NCBI GenBank assembly: GCA_963806225.1
Contig: CAWDXG010000004.1
Span: 1-64,000 of the forward strand
Source: an uncultured delta proteobacterium
GTDB taxonomy: Bacteria > Myxococcota_A > Polyangia > Polyangiales > Polyangiaceae
DNA: 64,000 bases
Direction of reading: 5' to 3'
In this document: one piece after another, positions 19,942 through 29,863 of the stretch
Layout of the letters: each line of letters starts with the position of its first letter
Position numbering within the stretch: position 1 is the first letter of the stretch
Program-made: the position numbers and the translations under genes
The notes under the pieces: model-generated
What the model was told of the DNA's origin: nothing
The model's database searches: none
What the model saw: the letters and a program-made list of their open reading frames with translations, nothing else

Positions 19942-19979
19942 TGTGGCAAAATGGCACAAAAGCGTGACATTTTGCTACA
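19942..19979. promoter_or_regulatory. AT-rich 16-6-16 inverted repeat, putative operator
   Basis: tgtggcaaaatggcac-aaaagc-gtgacattttgctaca; arms match at 14 of 16 positions; about 60 nt upstream of the next start codon. Confidence 0.55.
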
Positions 19980-20037
19980 GTCTCGCATCGGGCCCAGCAT
20001 CTGGTACGGTCCGCGCAGTGCTCACCGGGGAAGCCTC

Positions 20038-20946
20038 GTGAATCGCGCCTTCGCCGGTACGCTGGCCGCGGCCGCGCTGCTGCACGGCGGGTTGATCCTG
20101 GCGGCGTCGCGGCTGCCGGCGTTCGCGCTCGCTCCGCCCGGGCACGCGCCGCAGGAAGTGTCCATCGAGCTGCTCGCCCCGCCGCGCGCTGCGCCGGAGC
20201 CGGCGCCGACGACGGCGCGCACGAGCAGCGCGCCCGCCGAGCCCGCGCAGAAGGTCGCGAGCTACGTCGCCCCGCGCGCCGCGCCGCGTACCGGGCTCGC
20301 GCCGCCCGGAGCCAGCGCCGAGCTGCCCGCCTCCCCGGGTCCGGGCGAGCTGCCCGCACCGGGTGGAACCGCTCCAGGCCCAGCGCCCGCTCCGCACCAT
20401 CCGGTCAACCTCGGGCTGGGCGGCGACATCTACTGGATGATGCACAAGCAGCATCCGAAGCTTCCCGTACGCGCCCCGCGCCGGCGCGCGCCGCGTACGG
20501 CCGGCGCGCTCGCCGAGGGGCTTGAAGCGCGGGATCGCGCCCGCGGGCACTTCCGCGGCGGCGAGGTCGCCGATGCGGCCCGCGACGTGGCGAATCGCGT
20601 GGGGCCGCAGCAGGGGCACGCGACGTTCGTGGTGGAAACGGGTCCGCACGGGCATGTGCGCACGGTGCGGATGGTCGGGGCCAGCGCTGATCTGGAGCTG
20701 TGGAACAAGGTAGCGCAGGGTCTGCGCGCGGCGTTGCTGCGGCACGCAGCGCTCCGCGTCCCGCCGGGTGCGCGCGGACTGCGCGTCAGCGTGCTGGTGC
20801 AGGCGCGGGTCCAGCTGCCGAGCGGTTCGTCGCCCGGCGGCTCGGTGCACTTCAAAGGCGCGGGCCTCGGCTTCGACGTCGCCGACATCGGTGCCACGCC
20901 CAAGCGCGTCGTCTACGCGCGCATCACCAGCGAAGTCGTGCTGTAG
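20038..20946 (+). CDS. Hypothetical membrane-anchored Pro-rich protein (TonB/TolA-like architecture)
   Basis: N-terminal helix containing His (AAALLHGGL), Pro-rich linker and a small C-terminal alpha/beta domain. Confidence 0.6.
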   Translation: MNRAFAGTLAAAALLHGGLILAASRLPAFALAPPGHAPQEVSIELLAPPRAAPEPAPTTARTSSAPAEPAQKVASYVAPRAAPRTGLAPPGASAELPASPGPGELPAPGGTAPGPAPAPHHPVNLGLGGDIYWMMHKQHPKLPVRAPRRRAPRTAGALAEGLEARDRARGHFRGGEVADAARDVANRVGPQQGHATFVVETGPHGHVRTVRMVGASADLELWNKVAQGLRAALLRHAALRVPPGARGLRVSVLVQARVQLPSGSSPGGSVHFKGAGLGFDVADIGATPKRVVYARITSEVVL

Positions 20947-20965
20947 CCGGGACTGTCGCCGGGGC

Positions 20966-22462
20966 TCAGGAACGACGCCTGCGGACGAGCCAGCCGAGGC
21001 CCAGGAGCAATAGAACGGGCGCGCCGTCGTTGGCCGGAGCGCTCCCGCCGAGATGACAGCCGCAGCCGCCGTTGTCGCCGCTGCCGACGGTGTGCGTGGT
21101 TTCGCTCGAGCCCGCCGCGCCTGCCGCTCCGCCGCCGGAGAAGCCGCCGCCGCCGTCCGTACCGATGCTGCCCGCGCTGCCGCCCGCGCTGCCGCCGTCC
21201 GTGCCGACGCTGCCCGCACTGCCGCCAGCGCCGCCAGCGCCTGTGCCGCCAGCGCCGCCGCTGCTCACCGGAGTGCCGGCGACGTGGATCCAGGCTTCGA
21301 TCTGGTCGTTGGGCGGGCCGCCCTGACCGGTGTCGCCGAACCAGGCCACGCCTTCTTCCAACAGGCCGAAGTACTCGTAGTAGTCGCCGGTCTTGAGCGG
21401 CGCGTGGAAGTTGAACTTGAACGTGTAGCTGCCACCCGGCGCCACCGTGCCGGTCACGCCGGCAGCGCGGTGATCGTTGAGCCAGCTCGAGTCGGCGAAG
21501 GCGCTGGCGCGGTCCTTCGGTTTCGTGGTGCCGAGACGCGTCTTCGAGTCCCACGCCTTGGTGCCGCTGTTCGTGAACTTGATCGATGCGGCGATGGTCT
21601 CGTTGGGCTTCATGTTCAGCGCCGTCGATGCGTACGGAAAGGACTGCTTCACGAACGTCGCGCCGTAATAGGGGGTGACGCTGCCGGTGCCGCCGGCGAA
21701 GGTCTTCAGGCCCGCTGCCGTGCCGTTGAAGACGTCGCGGTCGACGCCGGTCGCGTTCGAGCAGTACTTGCTCTGGCCGTCGCAGTACTGCCAGAAAGTC
21801 CAGTTGCTCCAGCCTGCAGGGATTGTCGGGCAGGTCGGGCCCCAGTTCGCGACCCACAGCGGATAGCTACCGAAGGTGGTGTTCTTGTTGGTCTTGCTCT
21901 CCCAGTAGTAGGCTGTGGTGTAGATCATGGGCTTCTTGCCCGTGCCCTGCTGGACGACCGACATCCAGGTCTTGATCTTGCTGACTAGCGTCGCGGCGGA
22001 CAGGCTGGTTGCCTTCTCGAAGTCGAGCGTGCAGGGCAGATCGCCCGCGCCAAGCTTGCCGACGGCCTTCACCACGATGTTGGCCTGCGCCGTCGCGTCC
22101 TGCCCCGGTTCGAAGAACTGGTAGGCGCCGCGAATCAGTCCGGCCGCCTTCATCTTCTTCCAGTTGCTGGCAAACTGCGAGTCCATGCTCCCGGTGCCGT
22201 CGCTGATGCGCGCGATGCCGAAGGCGAGGCCCTTGCCGGTGAAGGTGAAGCTCCCCTGCCAGGAGGAGACGTCCATGCCCTGCGGCCCGGTGTACTTGCC
22301 CGCGCCGCACTTCGATGTCGATGCCTGGCTGGTCGTGCCGATTTCGTAGTAGTCGCCCATCGCGCGGCCCTCGTCCGCCCCGCAACCGACGAATCCGACC
22401 CCGAGCAACATGGCCAGGGAAGCGAGCACAACTCCGGTCTTCAAGGGCTGCATGCGGGTCAT
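20966..22462 (-). CDS. GH25 muramidase (lysozyme) with Ig-like domain, Gly-rich linker and MYXO-CTERM sorting signal
   Basis: GMDVSSWQG, RGAYQFF, LDFE, MIYT, LWVANW, WTFWQY and VDRDVFNG. C-terminus GGCGC...PVLLLLGLGWLVRRRRS. Confidence 0.92.
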   Translation of the reverse strand: MTRMQPLKTGVVLASLAMLLGVGFVGCGADEGRAMGDYYEIGTTSQASTSKCGAGKYTGPQGMDVSSWQGSFTFTGKGLAFGIARISDGTGSMDSQFASNWKKMKAAGLIRGAYQFFEPGQDATAQANIVVKAVGKLGAGDLPCTLDFEKATSLSAATLVSKIKTWMSVVQQGTGKKPMIYTTAYYWESKTNKNTTFGSYPLWVANWGPTCPTIPAGWSNWTFWQYCDGQSKYCSNATGVDRDVFNGTAAGLKTFAGGTGSVTPYYGATFVKQSFPYASTALNMKPNETIAASIKFTNSGTKAWDSKTRLGTTKPKDRASAFADSSWLNDHRAAGVTGTVAPGGSYTFKFNFHAPLKTGDYYEYFGLLEEGVAWFGDTGQGGPPNDQIEAWIHVAGTPVSSGGAGGTGAGGAGGSAGSVGTDGGSAGGSAGSIGTDGGGGFSGGGAAGAAGSSETTHTVGSGDNGGCGCHLGGSAPANDGAPVLLLLGLGWLVRRRRS

Positions 22463-22635
22463 CCTCTGCCTCCATGTGCGCGGCACGAGAGTGCTGCCGA
22501 GCGTATGCGCACAATACCCGAATTTCGCAGCGCGCCGACTGACAAGTGTCGGCTGCGGTGCTTGCAGCGACGCTTCCATCGTGCATGATGACGGCGGCTG
22601 GTCCCCGGGGGCCGCCTTGCCTGGAAAAATCTGTC

Positions 22636-23734
22636 ATGAGCACCAACGATCTCATCGAGCTCCGTCCCCTCGAAAGCCCCATGAACGACGCGGCTCGCGC
22701 CGAACGCATGAAGGATCTCGGCTTCGGCAGGATCTTCACCGAGCACATGGTGGTCGCCGAGTACAGGGACGGCGCGTGGAAGCGCGCCGTGCTCTCGCCG
22801 TACGCGCCGGTCACGCTCGACCCGGCGGCGAGCGTGCTGCACTACGGGCAGGCGATCTTCGAGGGGTACAAGGCGTACGCGCAGAAGGACGGCGGCGTGT
22901 GCACGTTCCGCGCCGGTCGAAATGCGGAGCGCTTCAACAACTCCGCGGCCCGGCTGGCGATGCCGGCGTTGCCGCCAGAGGTGTTCAACGCCGCGGGGGA
23001 CGCGTTCGATCCGGCAGGAGCGCGCGTGGGTGCCGAAGGAAGTCGGGCATAGCCTGTACATGCGCCCGCTGATGATCTCGACCGAGCCGGCGCTCGGCGT
23101 CCGGCCGGCGAAGACGTACAAGTTCATCCTGTTCGGTTCGCCGTCGGCGGCGTACTTCCCGCGCGGGGTGAAGCCGGTCAACGTGTGGATCAGCGAGGAC
23201 TACGCGCGCGCAGCTCCGGGCGGGACTGGCTTTGCCAAGTGCGCGGGCAACTACGCCGCGAGCCTGGTGGCGCAGGCCCAGGCGCAGGAAAAGGGCTGCG
23301 ACCAGGTGGTATGGACCGACGCCTGCTCGCACCAGTACGTGGAGGAGATGGGCGGCATGAACGTCTTCTTCGTCTACCAGGAAGGCGGCAAGACGGTGCT
23401 CGTCACGCCGAAGCTCACGGGGACGCTGTTGCCCGGCGTGACGCGCGACAGCCTGATGACGCTGGGCCAGGACCTCGGCTACGCCACCGAGGAGCGTACG
23501 GTGAGCGTGGAGGAGTGGGGCAAGGCGCTGTCCGAGGGTCGCATGCTGGAGGCTTTCGCCTGCGGTACGGCGGCCGTCATCACGCCCATCGGCTCGGTCC
23601 GGAGCAAGCACGGCGAGTGGAAGGTGCACGGCGGGGAGCCGGGCCCCGTCGCCACGCGCCTGCGCGAGGCCCTGCTCGCCATCCAGCACGGCCGGGCCGA
23701 GGACAAGCACGGCTGGCTGCACCGCGTGTGCTGA
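22636..23734 (+). CDS. ilvE: Branched-chain amino acid aminotransferase (frameshift ~23005)
   Basis: LGFGRIFTEHM, LHYGQAIFEG.KAY, SLYMRP, PLP lysine in AKCAGNYA, EEMGGMN, LLPGVTR and CGTAAVITP. Confidence 0.95.
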
Positions 23735-23744
23735 CGGAAACGGT

Positions 23745-26082
23745 CTACGGATAACTCGACGGAGGCCGGTCGCTCTGGGCGCTGCCGAAGGCGCTGTTCG
23801 GCTGCTTGCCGAGCTTGAACGCGAGCGTCGCGCCGCCGGAGAGCTCGGCCCAGTCGATCCAGCTCTTCGTGGTGGGCTGGCCGTCGACGGACAGGCTCTG
23901 CACGTACGGCGCGTCGGGTGCGGCGCCGTCGGCGGTGATGACGATCTGCTTGCCGCTTTCGAGCGTGATGGTTGCTTTGGGGAAAGCGGGGCTTCCAACC
24001 ACGACGCCGCCCACGCCCGGGATCTCGGGATACATGCCGAGCATCGCCCAGACGAGCCACGACGAGGTCGCCCCGAGGTCGTCGTTGCCGGGCAGTCCGC
24101 CGGGCGTCGGGCGGAAGGCCTCGGTCTCGATGCGGCGCACGACGGACTGCACGCGGTCGGCCCGGCCGGCGAAGGCGTACAGCCACGGCGTGCCGAACTG
24201 CGGCTCGTCGCCCATGTAGAAGTTCGGCAGCTTGGTGCCGGCGTTCAGCTTGGACATGAGCGCGTCCAGGCGGGTGACGAACCCCTGATCGCCGCCCAGA
24301 GCCTGGATCAGCCCGTACGCATCCTGCGGCACCATGAACGTGTACTGCGCGGCGTTGCCCTCGACGAAGGCGCTGTCGTCGGCGACGCCGACGTTGTGGA
24401 ACGCTGGCTTTCCGTTCTGGTCGTCGCGCAGCCGGGGCATGACGTAGCCGGAGAAGCCGTTCCCGCTCGCCGCCGGGTCGAACACGTTCTGCCAGTAGCG
24501 CCCGCGGTCGAGGAAGGCCTGCTGGTTCGCCTTGTCGCCGAGCGCACCGGCGAACTCTGCGATGGCGGCGTCGGCCACGGCGTACTCGAGCGTTGCCGAG
24601 GGCGGGCCCCACACATTGGAGTCCTCCGGGCAGTAGTGCAGCTTGAGGTAGTCGGACAGCGCCGGCCGCGCGGCGTAGTTGTTGCACTTCGCTGTCGGGT
24701 CGTTCGCCCCCTTCAACATGTGCGAGAGCGCGGCTTTCGTGTCGAAGCCGCGGGCGCCGAAGGCATAGGCGCCCGCGAGGATCGCGTCCGACGGATCGCC
24801 GACCATGACGCCGGTCTCGTCGTTGGCGAGTGCCCAGCGCGGCAGCGCGCCGCACTCGCTGGCCGTGTCCACCAGCGACTGCATCATGTCGCTCGTTTCC
24901 TTCGGCGCGAGCACGCTCACCAGCTGCGTCCAGGAGCGGTAGATGTCCCAGCCGGAGAAGTTCTGGTAGCGCGTGTAGGCGAGCTTCCGGACCTTGTCGT
25001 CGAAGCCGATGGCGCTGCCGTCGACGTCGCTCGCCACCGCGGGCTGCAGCAGCACGTGGTAGAGCGCGGTGTAGAAGTTCTTCCGCTCCACGTCGCTGCC
25101 GCCCTCGACCTTCACGCGCCCGAGGTAGCCATTCCAGGTGTCGATGGCCTGCTGGTGCACGGCGTCGAAGTCCCAGCCAGGGCTCTCGGCGTCGAGGTTC
25201 GCGAGCGCGGCGTCGGCACTCGTGTACGAAAGGCCGATCTTCATCTGGACGGCGTGCCGGCCTGGGTCGCTGAAGCCCACGTACAGGCCACCGCGCGTGG
25301 ACGACACGTGCTTCGAGCCGGAGGAGAGCGTGCCGCGATCCCAGCTGCCGTGATCGGCGATGTCGCGGTCGAAGCGGGCGGCGAAGTAGACCTTGTAGCT
25401 GGAGTTGCTGGCGCAGAAGAGGCTGTTCTCGTGCCAGCCGGTGAGGAGCCTGGAGTCGGTGACGGTGGCCTCGAAGCCGCGGGTCGTAGAGGAGATCGCT
25501 CTTCGTGCCCGATGCGATCGTCAGGTACTGCTTCGCTCCCTTCGGGAAGGTGAAGCGCGCGAAGCCCGAGCGCTGGGTGGCGGTCAGGTCGACCCGGATG
25601 CCGGAACCGAGCGTCACCTCGTAGAAGCCGGGCGAGGCGAGCTCGCGGGAGTGATCGACGCTGTCGGAGCGGTCGAGCGTGGCGTCGGGCCTGGACGTGA
25701 GCGGGAAGATGGGCAGGTCGCGTTCGCCCGCGCAGCCCGCGCCGTCGAGGTGCGTCAGGCTGAAGGCGATGATGCTCTTGTCGGAGTGCCTGTAGCCGGG
25801 CGGCGAGGCGTAGGGAGTGTCCGGGCCGAGCTGCACCATGCCGAAGGGCAGGGCGGCGCCCGGATAGGTCGACCCGCCCTTGCCGCCCGGAACGGGATTG
25901 GGCGAGTCGCTGTCGTCGGTGCCGATGAAGACGTCCACCAGCGGCACTTCGCCCTGGGCGCCGGGACTGGTCGAGACGGGCGGCGGATCGTGCCCCGCGG
26001 CCGGCGCGCTCGAGCCGCAGCCGGCGAGCAGCAGCAGAGCGGCTGGCAGCAGCGTCCTGCGCGGGATCCCCGAGGGCGTCAT
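23745..26082 (-). CDS. GH92 alpha-1,2-mannosidase family lipoprotein (frameshifts ~25490 and ~25350)
   Basis: Lipobox LAGC; VDVFIGT, PGAALPFGMVQLGPDT, FYTALYH, SGWDIYRS, TLEYA, EGNAAQY and PGNDDLGATSSW. Confidence 0.92.
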
Positions 26083-26104
26083 CGGGCAGCAGGATACGCC
26101 ACGT

Positions 26105-26947
26105 TCAAGCCGCGCGCGATACGACGGCCCGGAGCAGGTGCTTCTGCGCGAGCGCGAACACGGCCAGGGCGGGGAAGCTGAGCAGCACGTTGCCGGCCAT
26201 CACGATGTGCCAGCGCACGCCCGTGCCCTGCTCGCGCAAGAGCGCAATTCCGAGCGGCAGCGTGCGCACGGCGTCGTCGGTGGTCATCACCAGCGGCCAG
26301 AAGTAGTCGTTCCAGTGGAACACGAAGCTGAACAGGAACAGGGAGACCAGCGTCGGCTTGAGCAGCGGGGCGAGTAGCCCGTACACGATGCGGAGCTCGC
26401 TTGCGCCGTCCATGCGGGCCGCTTCGATCAGCGAATCCGGCACCGAGAGTAGCGCCTGGCGCACGAGGAAGATGCCGAACGCGCTGACGCCGAAAGGCAG
26501 GATCAGCGCGGCCATCGTGTTGACCAGCCCCACGTCGGCGAGCATCGCGAACACCGGCACGAAGCGCACCTGCGCCGGAATGAGCAGTGTCGCGACCACA
26601 GCCGTGAACGCCACACCGCGACCCGTGAAACGCAGCTTCGCGAGCGCGTAGCCTGCCGGCAGCGCCACCAGGATCTGGATGAAGGCGATCCCGAGCGCCA
26701 TCACCGTGGTGTTCAGGAAGTAACGCCCGATAGGCATGGTCTGGAGCACATCGCGGTAGGCTGCGAAATCCAGCGAAGCGGGCAGGGGAGCCGCGGGCGC
26801 GGCCACGATCTCGGGCAGCGTCTTGAAGCTGGTCGAGAGCATCCACAGGTACGGAAGCAGCCAGACGAGCGCCACCGCGCCGAGCCCGACGTAGATCGCG
26901 GCGGTGACAAGCTGCCGGCGCGGGCCGGTGGTGCGCTGTGTGCTCAT
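26105..26947 (-). CDS. Carbohydrate/glycerol-3-phosphate ABC permease (UgpE/MalG-like)
   Basis: AGYALAKLRF, EAA loop SLIEAARMDGA and WNDYFWPL. Confidence 0.92.
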   Translation of the reverse strand: MSTQRTTGPRRQLVTAAIYVGLGAVALVWLLPYLWMLSTSFKTLPEIVAAPAAPLPASLDFAAYRDVLQTMPIGRYFLNTTVMALGIAFIQILVALPAGYALAKLRFTGRGVAFTAVVATLLIPAQVRFVPVFAMLADVGLVNTMAALILPFGVSAFGIFLVRQALLSVPDSLIEAARMDGASELRIVYGLLAPLLKPTLVSLFLFSFVFHWNDYFWPLVMTTDDAVRTLPLGIALLREQGTGVRWHIVMAGNVLLSFPALAVFALAQKHLLRAVVSRAA

Positions 26948-27081
26948 GTAGGCCGTTCCCCGACAATGCCAGGGCATCGCCAGGGAGTCAGCGGAAACCG
27001 CACTTGCCGTGTGTCCATGGGCGTGAGAATTTTAACGGTAGGGCGGAATAGTGTGACCGGCACACGCGAGGAGCAACGACG

Positions 27082-28980
27082 ATGAGACGAGGACTTCATG
27101 ATTGGTCGATTCCGGCAGTGGGGCTGGTCGTGGCGCTCGCCGTCGCCGCCCTGGCCGCGGCTTGTGGCAGCAGTGGCAGCAACAACGGCAGCGCGGTGAC
27201 CGGGGGTGCCGGCGGAAACGGCGGCTCCGCGGCAGACGGGGGCGGCGGCACCGCCGGTGTCTCGGTCGGCGGCAACGGCGGATCCGGCGCGTCGGGGGGG
27301 ACGACCTCGAACTACCCCTGCAAGGGCTGCCAGGCGTTCCCGGGTCCGAACGCGCCGGCATGCCCGGCGACGACGCTCGGCAATCCGACGGTTGCCTATC
27401 CGCCCGACGGCGTGCTCCTGCCTCCGAACATGAACGTGCTCGAGGTGCAGTTCGTGCCGCCCCAGGGTGCCACGCTGTTCGAGGTCGATTTCACGAACAA
27501 GATCACGCACGTCACGGTGGAGACGAAGTGCAACGCGATCACGCCAGTGCGGGGTGGGGCGAGCCCCGGTTGCGGCATCACGCTGCCACAGGGCGCGTGG
27601 AACGACATTGCGAATACGAACCGCGACGGCGATCCGCTCAAGGTCACGGTTCGCGCCACGGCGAACGGAAAGTGCGTCACCACTTCCACGGACCAGATCG
27701 CGATCAACTTCGCGAAGGAGGATCTGGCCGGCGGCATCTACTACTGGCAGTCCGCCGTATACGGCGGCATCGGCGGCAAGACGGGCGGCATCTACTCGCA
27801 CGATTTCGGTACGCTCGACCCGACGCCGGTGCCTTTCTACACCTCCGGCGCGACCGGTACCTGCGTCGGTTGCCACAACCTGTCGCGCGACGGCCTGCGC
27901 ATGTCGCTCGCCACAGACGACCCGGACGCCGACGACGAGCTGGGCGACGTGCACACGTCGATCATGGAGGTCGATACCCGCAACGTGATCGGCGGCAAGA
28001 ACATGTCGCCGGGCTTCCAGACCTGGACGCACGATCACAGCCAGCTCATCGGCAGCACGTTCAAGAACCACCAGAACCTGGCGTTCGACGTGCTGGACGG
28101 GGACAACGGCGCGCTCCTGGCCAGCGACACCATCCCCGACGCAGCCACGCAGCCGGATCTGTCGAAGGACGACAAGAATCTGGTGTTCGTGGTGCCGCAG
28201 GCAGGGAGTATTCCCAAGGCAGGCGACCACCACTTCATGGGCGGCGCGCTGTACACGGCGAGCTACGACGCGGCGAAGCAGGCGATCGGCACGCCGTCGG
28301 CGATCCTCACGCCGAGCGGAACGGCCAGCTACTACTACCCGTCGTTCTCGCCGAACGGCACGTTCCTGGTGTTCGACGAGGCGCCGGACGGCGATGCGTT
28401 CTGGAACCGCAAGGCGCGGGTGAAGCTGCTGGATTTCCCACCGGGTTCGAACGCGGCGCCGATCGACCTGCCGAACCTGAACATGTCGACCAAGGTCGCC
28501 AACTCGTGGCCGCGCTGGAGCCCGTTCGTGACGACCTATCACGGCCACAAGCTGCTCTGGGTGACCTTCTCCTCCGATCGAGACTACGGCCTCAGGCTCA
28601 AGAACACCGGCTTCGATCACTGCTACCCGCCGGAGTCTCCGGCCTACGACCAGCCGCAGCCGCTCAGCAAGAAGGGGGTCGGCTACGACCAGTGCGCGCA
28701 GCCGCAGATCTGGATGGCGGGCATCATCGTCGACGAGGGCACGTATTCCGGCGATCGCTCTTTCCCGGCGTTCTGGCTGCCATTCCAGGACGTGAACTCG
28801 CACAACTTCTCCGCGCAGTGGGTGGAGAAGCTCTACTCGCCGCCGCCTCCGAAGGGCGACGCCGGGGTGGACGCTGGAGGTTGCGGAACCTCGGGCTCAC
28901 CCTGCGGCACGAACCAGGCCGGTTGCTGTTCGGACATGGTGTGCTGCGTGGGCACCTGCCAGCCGGGCTGCGTGCAGTAG
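27082..28980 (+). CDS. Lipoprotein with TolB-like (PD40) beta-propeller and a CxxCH motif
   Basis: Lipobox AAACGS and Gly-rich linker; CVGCHNLSRDG; QPDLSKD, YYPSFSPNG, SWPRWSP and WVTFSSDRDYG; PAFWLPFQD; Cys-rich tail. Confidence 0.78.
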   Translation: MRRGLHDWSIPAVGLVVALAVAALAAACGSSGSNNGSAVTGGAGGNGGSAADGGGGTAGVSVGGNGGSGASGGTTSNYPCKGCQAFPGPNAPACPATTLGNPTVAYPPDGVLLPPNMNVLEVQFVPPQGATLFEVDFTNKITHVTVETKCNAITPVRGGASPGCGITLPQGAWNDIANTNRDGDPLKVTVRATANGKCVTTSTDQIAINFAKEDLAGGIYYWQSAVYGGIGGKTGGIYSHDFGTLDPTPVPFYTSGATGTCVGCHNLSRDGLRMSLATDDPDADDELGDVHTSIMEVDTRNVIGGKNMSPGFQTWTHDHSQLIGSTFKNHQNLAFDVLDGDNGALLASDTIPDAATQPDLSKDDKNLVFVVPQAGSIPKAGDHHFMGGALYTASYDAAKQAIGTPSAILTPSGTASYYYPSFSPNGTFLVFDEAPDGDAFWNRKARVKLLDFPPGSNAAPIDLPNLNMSTKVANSWPRWSPFVTTYHGHKLLWVTFSSDRDYGLRLKNTGFDHCYPPESPAYDQPQPLSKKGVGYDQCAQPQIWMAGIIVDEGTYSGDRSFPAFWLPFQDVNSHNFSAQWVEKLYSPPPPKGDAGVDAGGCGTSGSPCGTNQAGCCSDMVCCVGTCQPGCVQ

Positions 28981-28996
28981 CCGCGGACGGGCGGCG

Positions 28997-29863
28997 TCAG
29001 GTCGGTTCCTGGCGCCGCCATGCCCACAGCTGCAGCAGCGTGAGGCCGAGCAGCAGCACGAAGAAGACGACGACCTCGGCGCTGGCGCGCCCGACGCGCA
29101 GGTTCTCGAAGATCTGTTCGTAGATGGCGTACACGAACACGGTGGTGGAGCGCACCGGACCGCCCTGGGTCATCACGCGCACCACGTCGAACACCTGGAA
29201 AGTCAGGATCAGGCTGGTAGTGCCCACGAAAGCTGCTGTCGGCCGCAGCATGGGCCAGGTGACGTTCTGGAAACGCTGCCAGCGGCCCGCGCCGTCGAGC
29301 GAGGCGGCTTCGTAGAGCGAGGCCGGGATGTCCTGCATCCCCGCCACGAACAGCACCATCGCGTAACCGGTGATCTTCCAGATCGTGACGCCCGCGAGCG
29401 TGTAGAGGGCCACGTGCGGATCGCCGAGCCAGTTGGCCGTGGGCAATCCGAACGCGCGCAGGACGTGGGTGAGCACGCCGGCGTCGGCGTCGAGCACCCA
29501 CAGAAAGAGCAGCGCGACGCTGACCCACGAGATCACGTACGCGCTGAAGATCGCCGAGCGCACGAAGCCGAAGAACGCGCCGCGGCGGTTCAGTGCCAGG
29601 GCCAGCGCCAGGCCGAGCGACATCGAGCCGATGACGACCACGATGCTGAACACGAGCGTGGTCCAGAAGGCGTGCCAGATCTCGCCGGACGACAGCAGCA
29701 CGCGGTAGTTGTCGAGCCCGACCCAGCGCGGCGGCGTGAGCAGATCCCAGGCGAACAGGCTCCTGTACACCGCGGAGAGCAGCGGCCAGAAGAAGAAGAC
29801 GAGCAGCAGGATCGCCGTCGGCGCCAGCATCCACCACGGATCGAAGGGGCGCCGCGGTCTCAT
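28997..29863 (-). CDS. Carbohydrate/glycerol-3-phosphate ABC permease (UgpA/MalF-like)
   Basis: WVGLDNY, WKITGYAM, LYEAASLDGA and FQVFD...TQGGP. Confidence 0.92.
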   Translation of the reverse strand: MRPRRPFDPWWMLAPTAILLLVFFFWPLLSAVYRSLFAWDLLTPPRWVGLDNYRVLLSSGEIWHAFWTTLVFSIVVVIGSMSLGLALALALNRRGAFFGFVRSAIFSAYVISWVSVALLFLWVLDADAGVLTHVLRAFGLPTANWLGDPHVALYTLAGVTIWKITGYAMVLFVAGMQDIPASLYEAASLDGAGRWQRFQNVTWPMLRPTAAFVGTTSLILTFQVFDVVRVMTQGGPVRSTTVFVYAIYEQIFENLRVGRASAEVVVFFVLLLGLTLLQLWAWRRQEPT

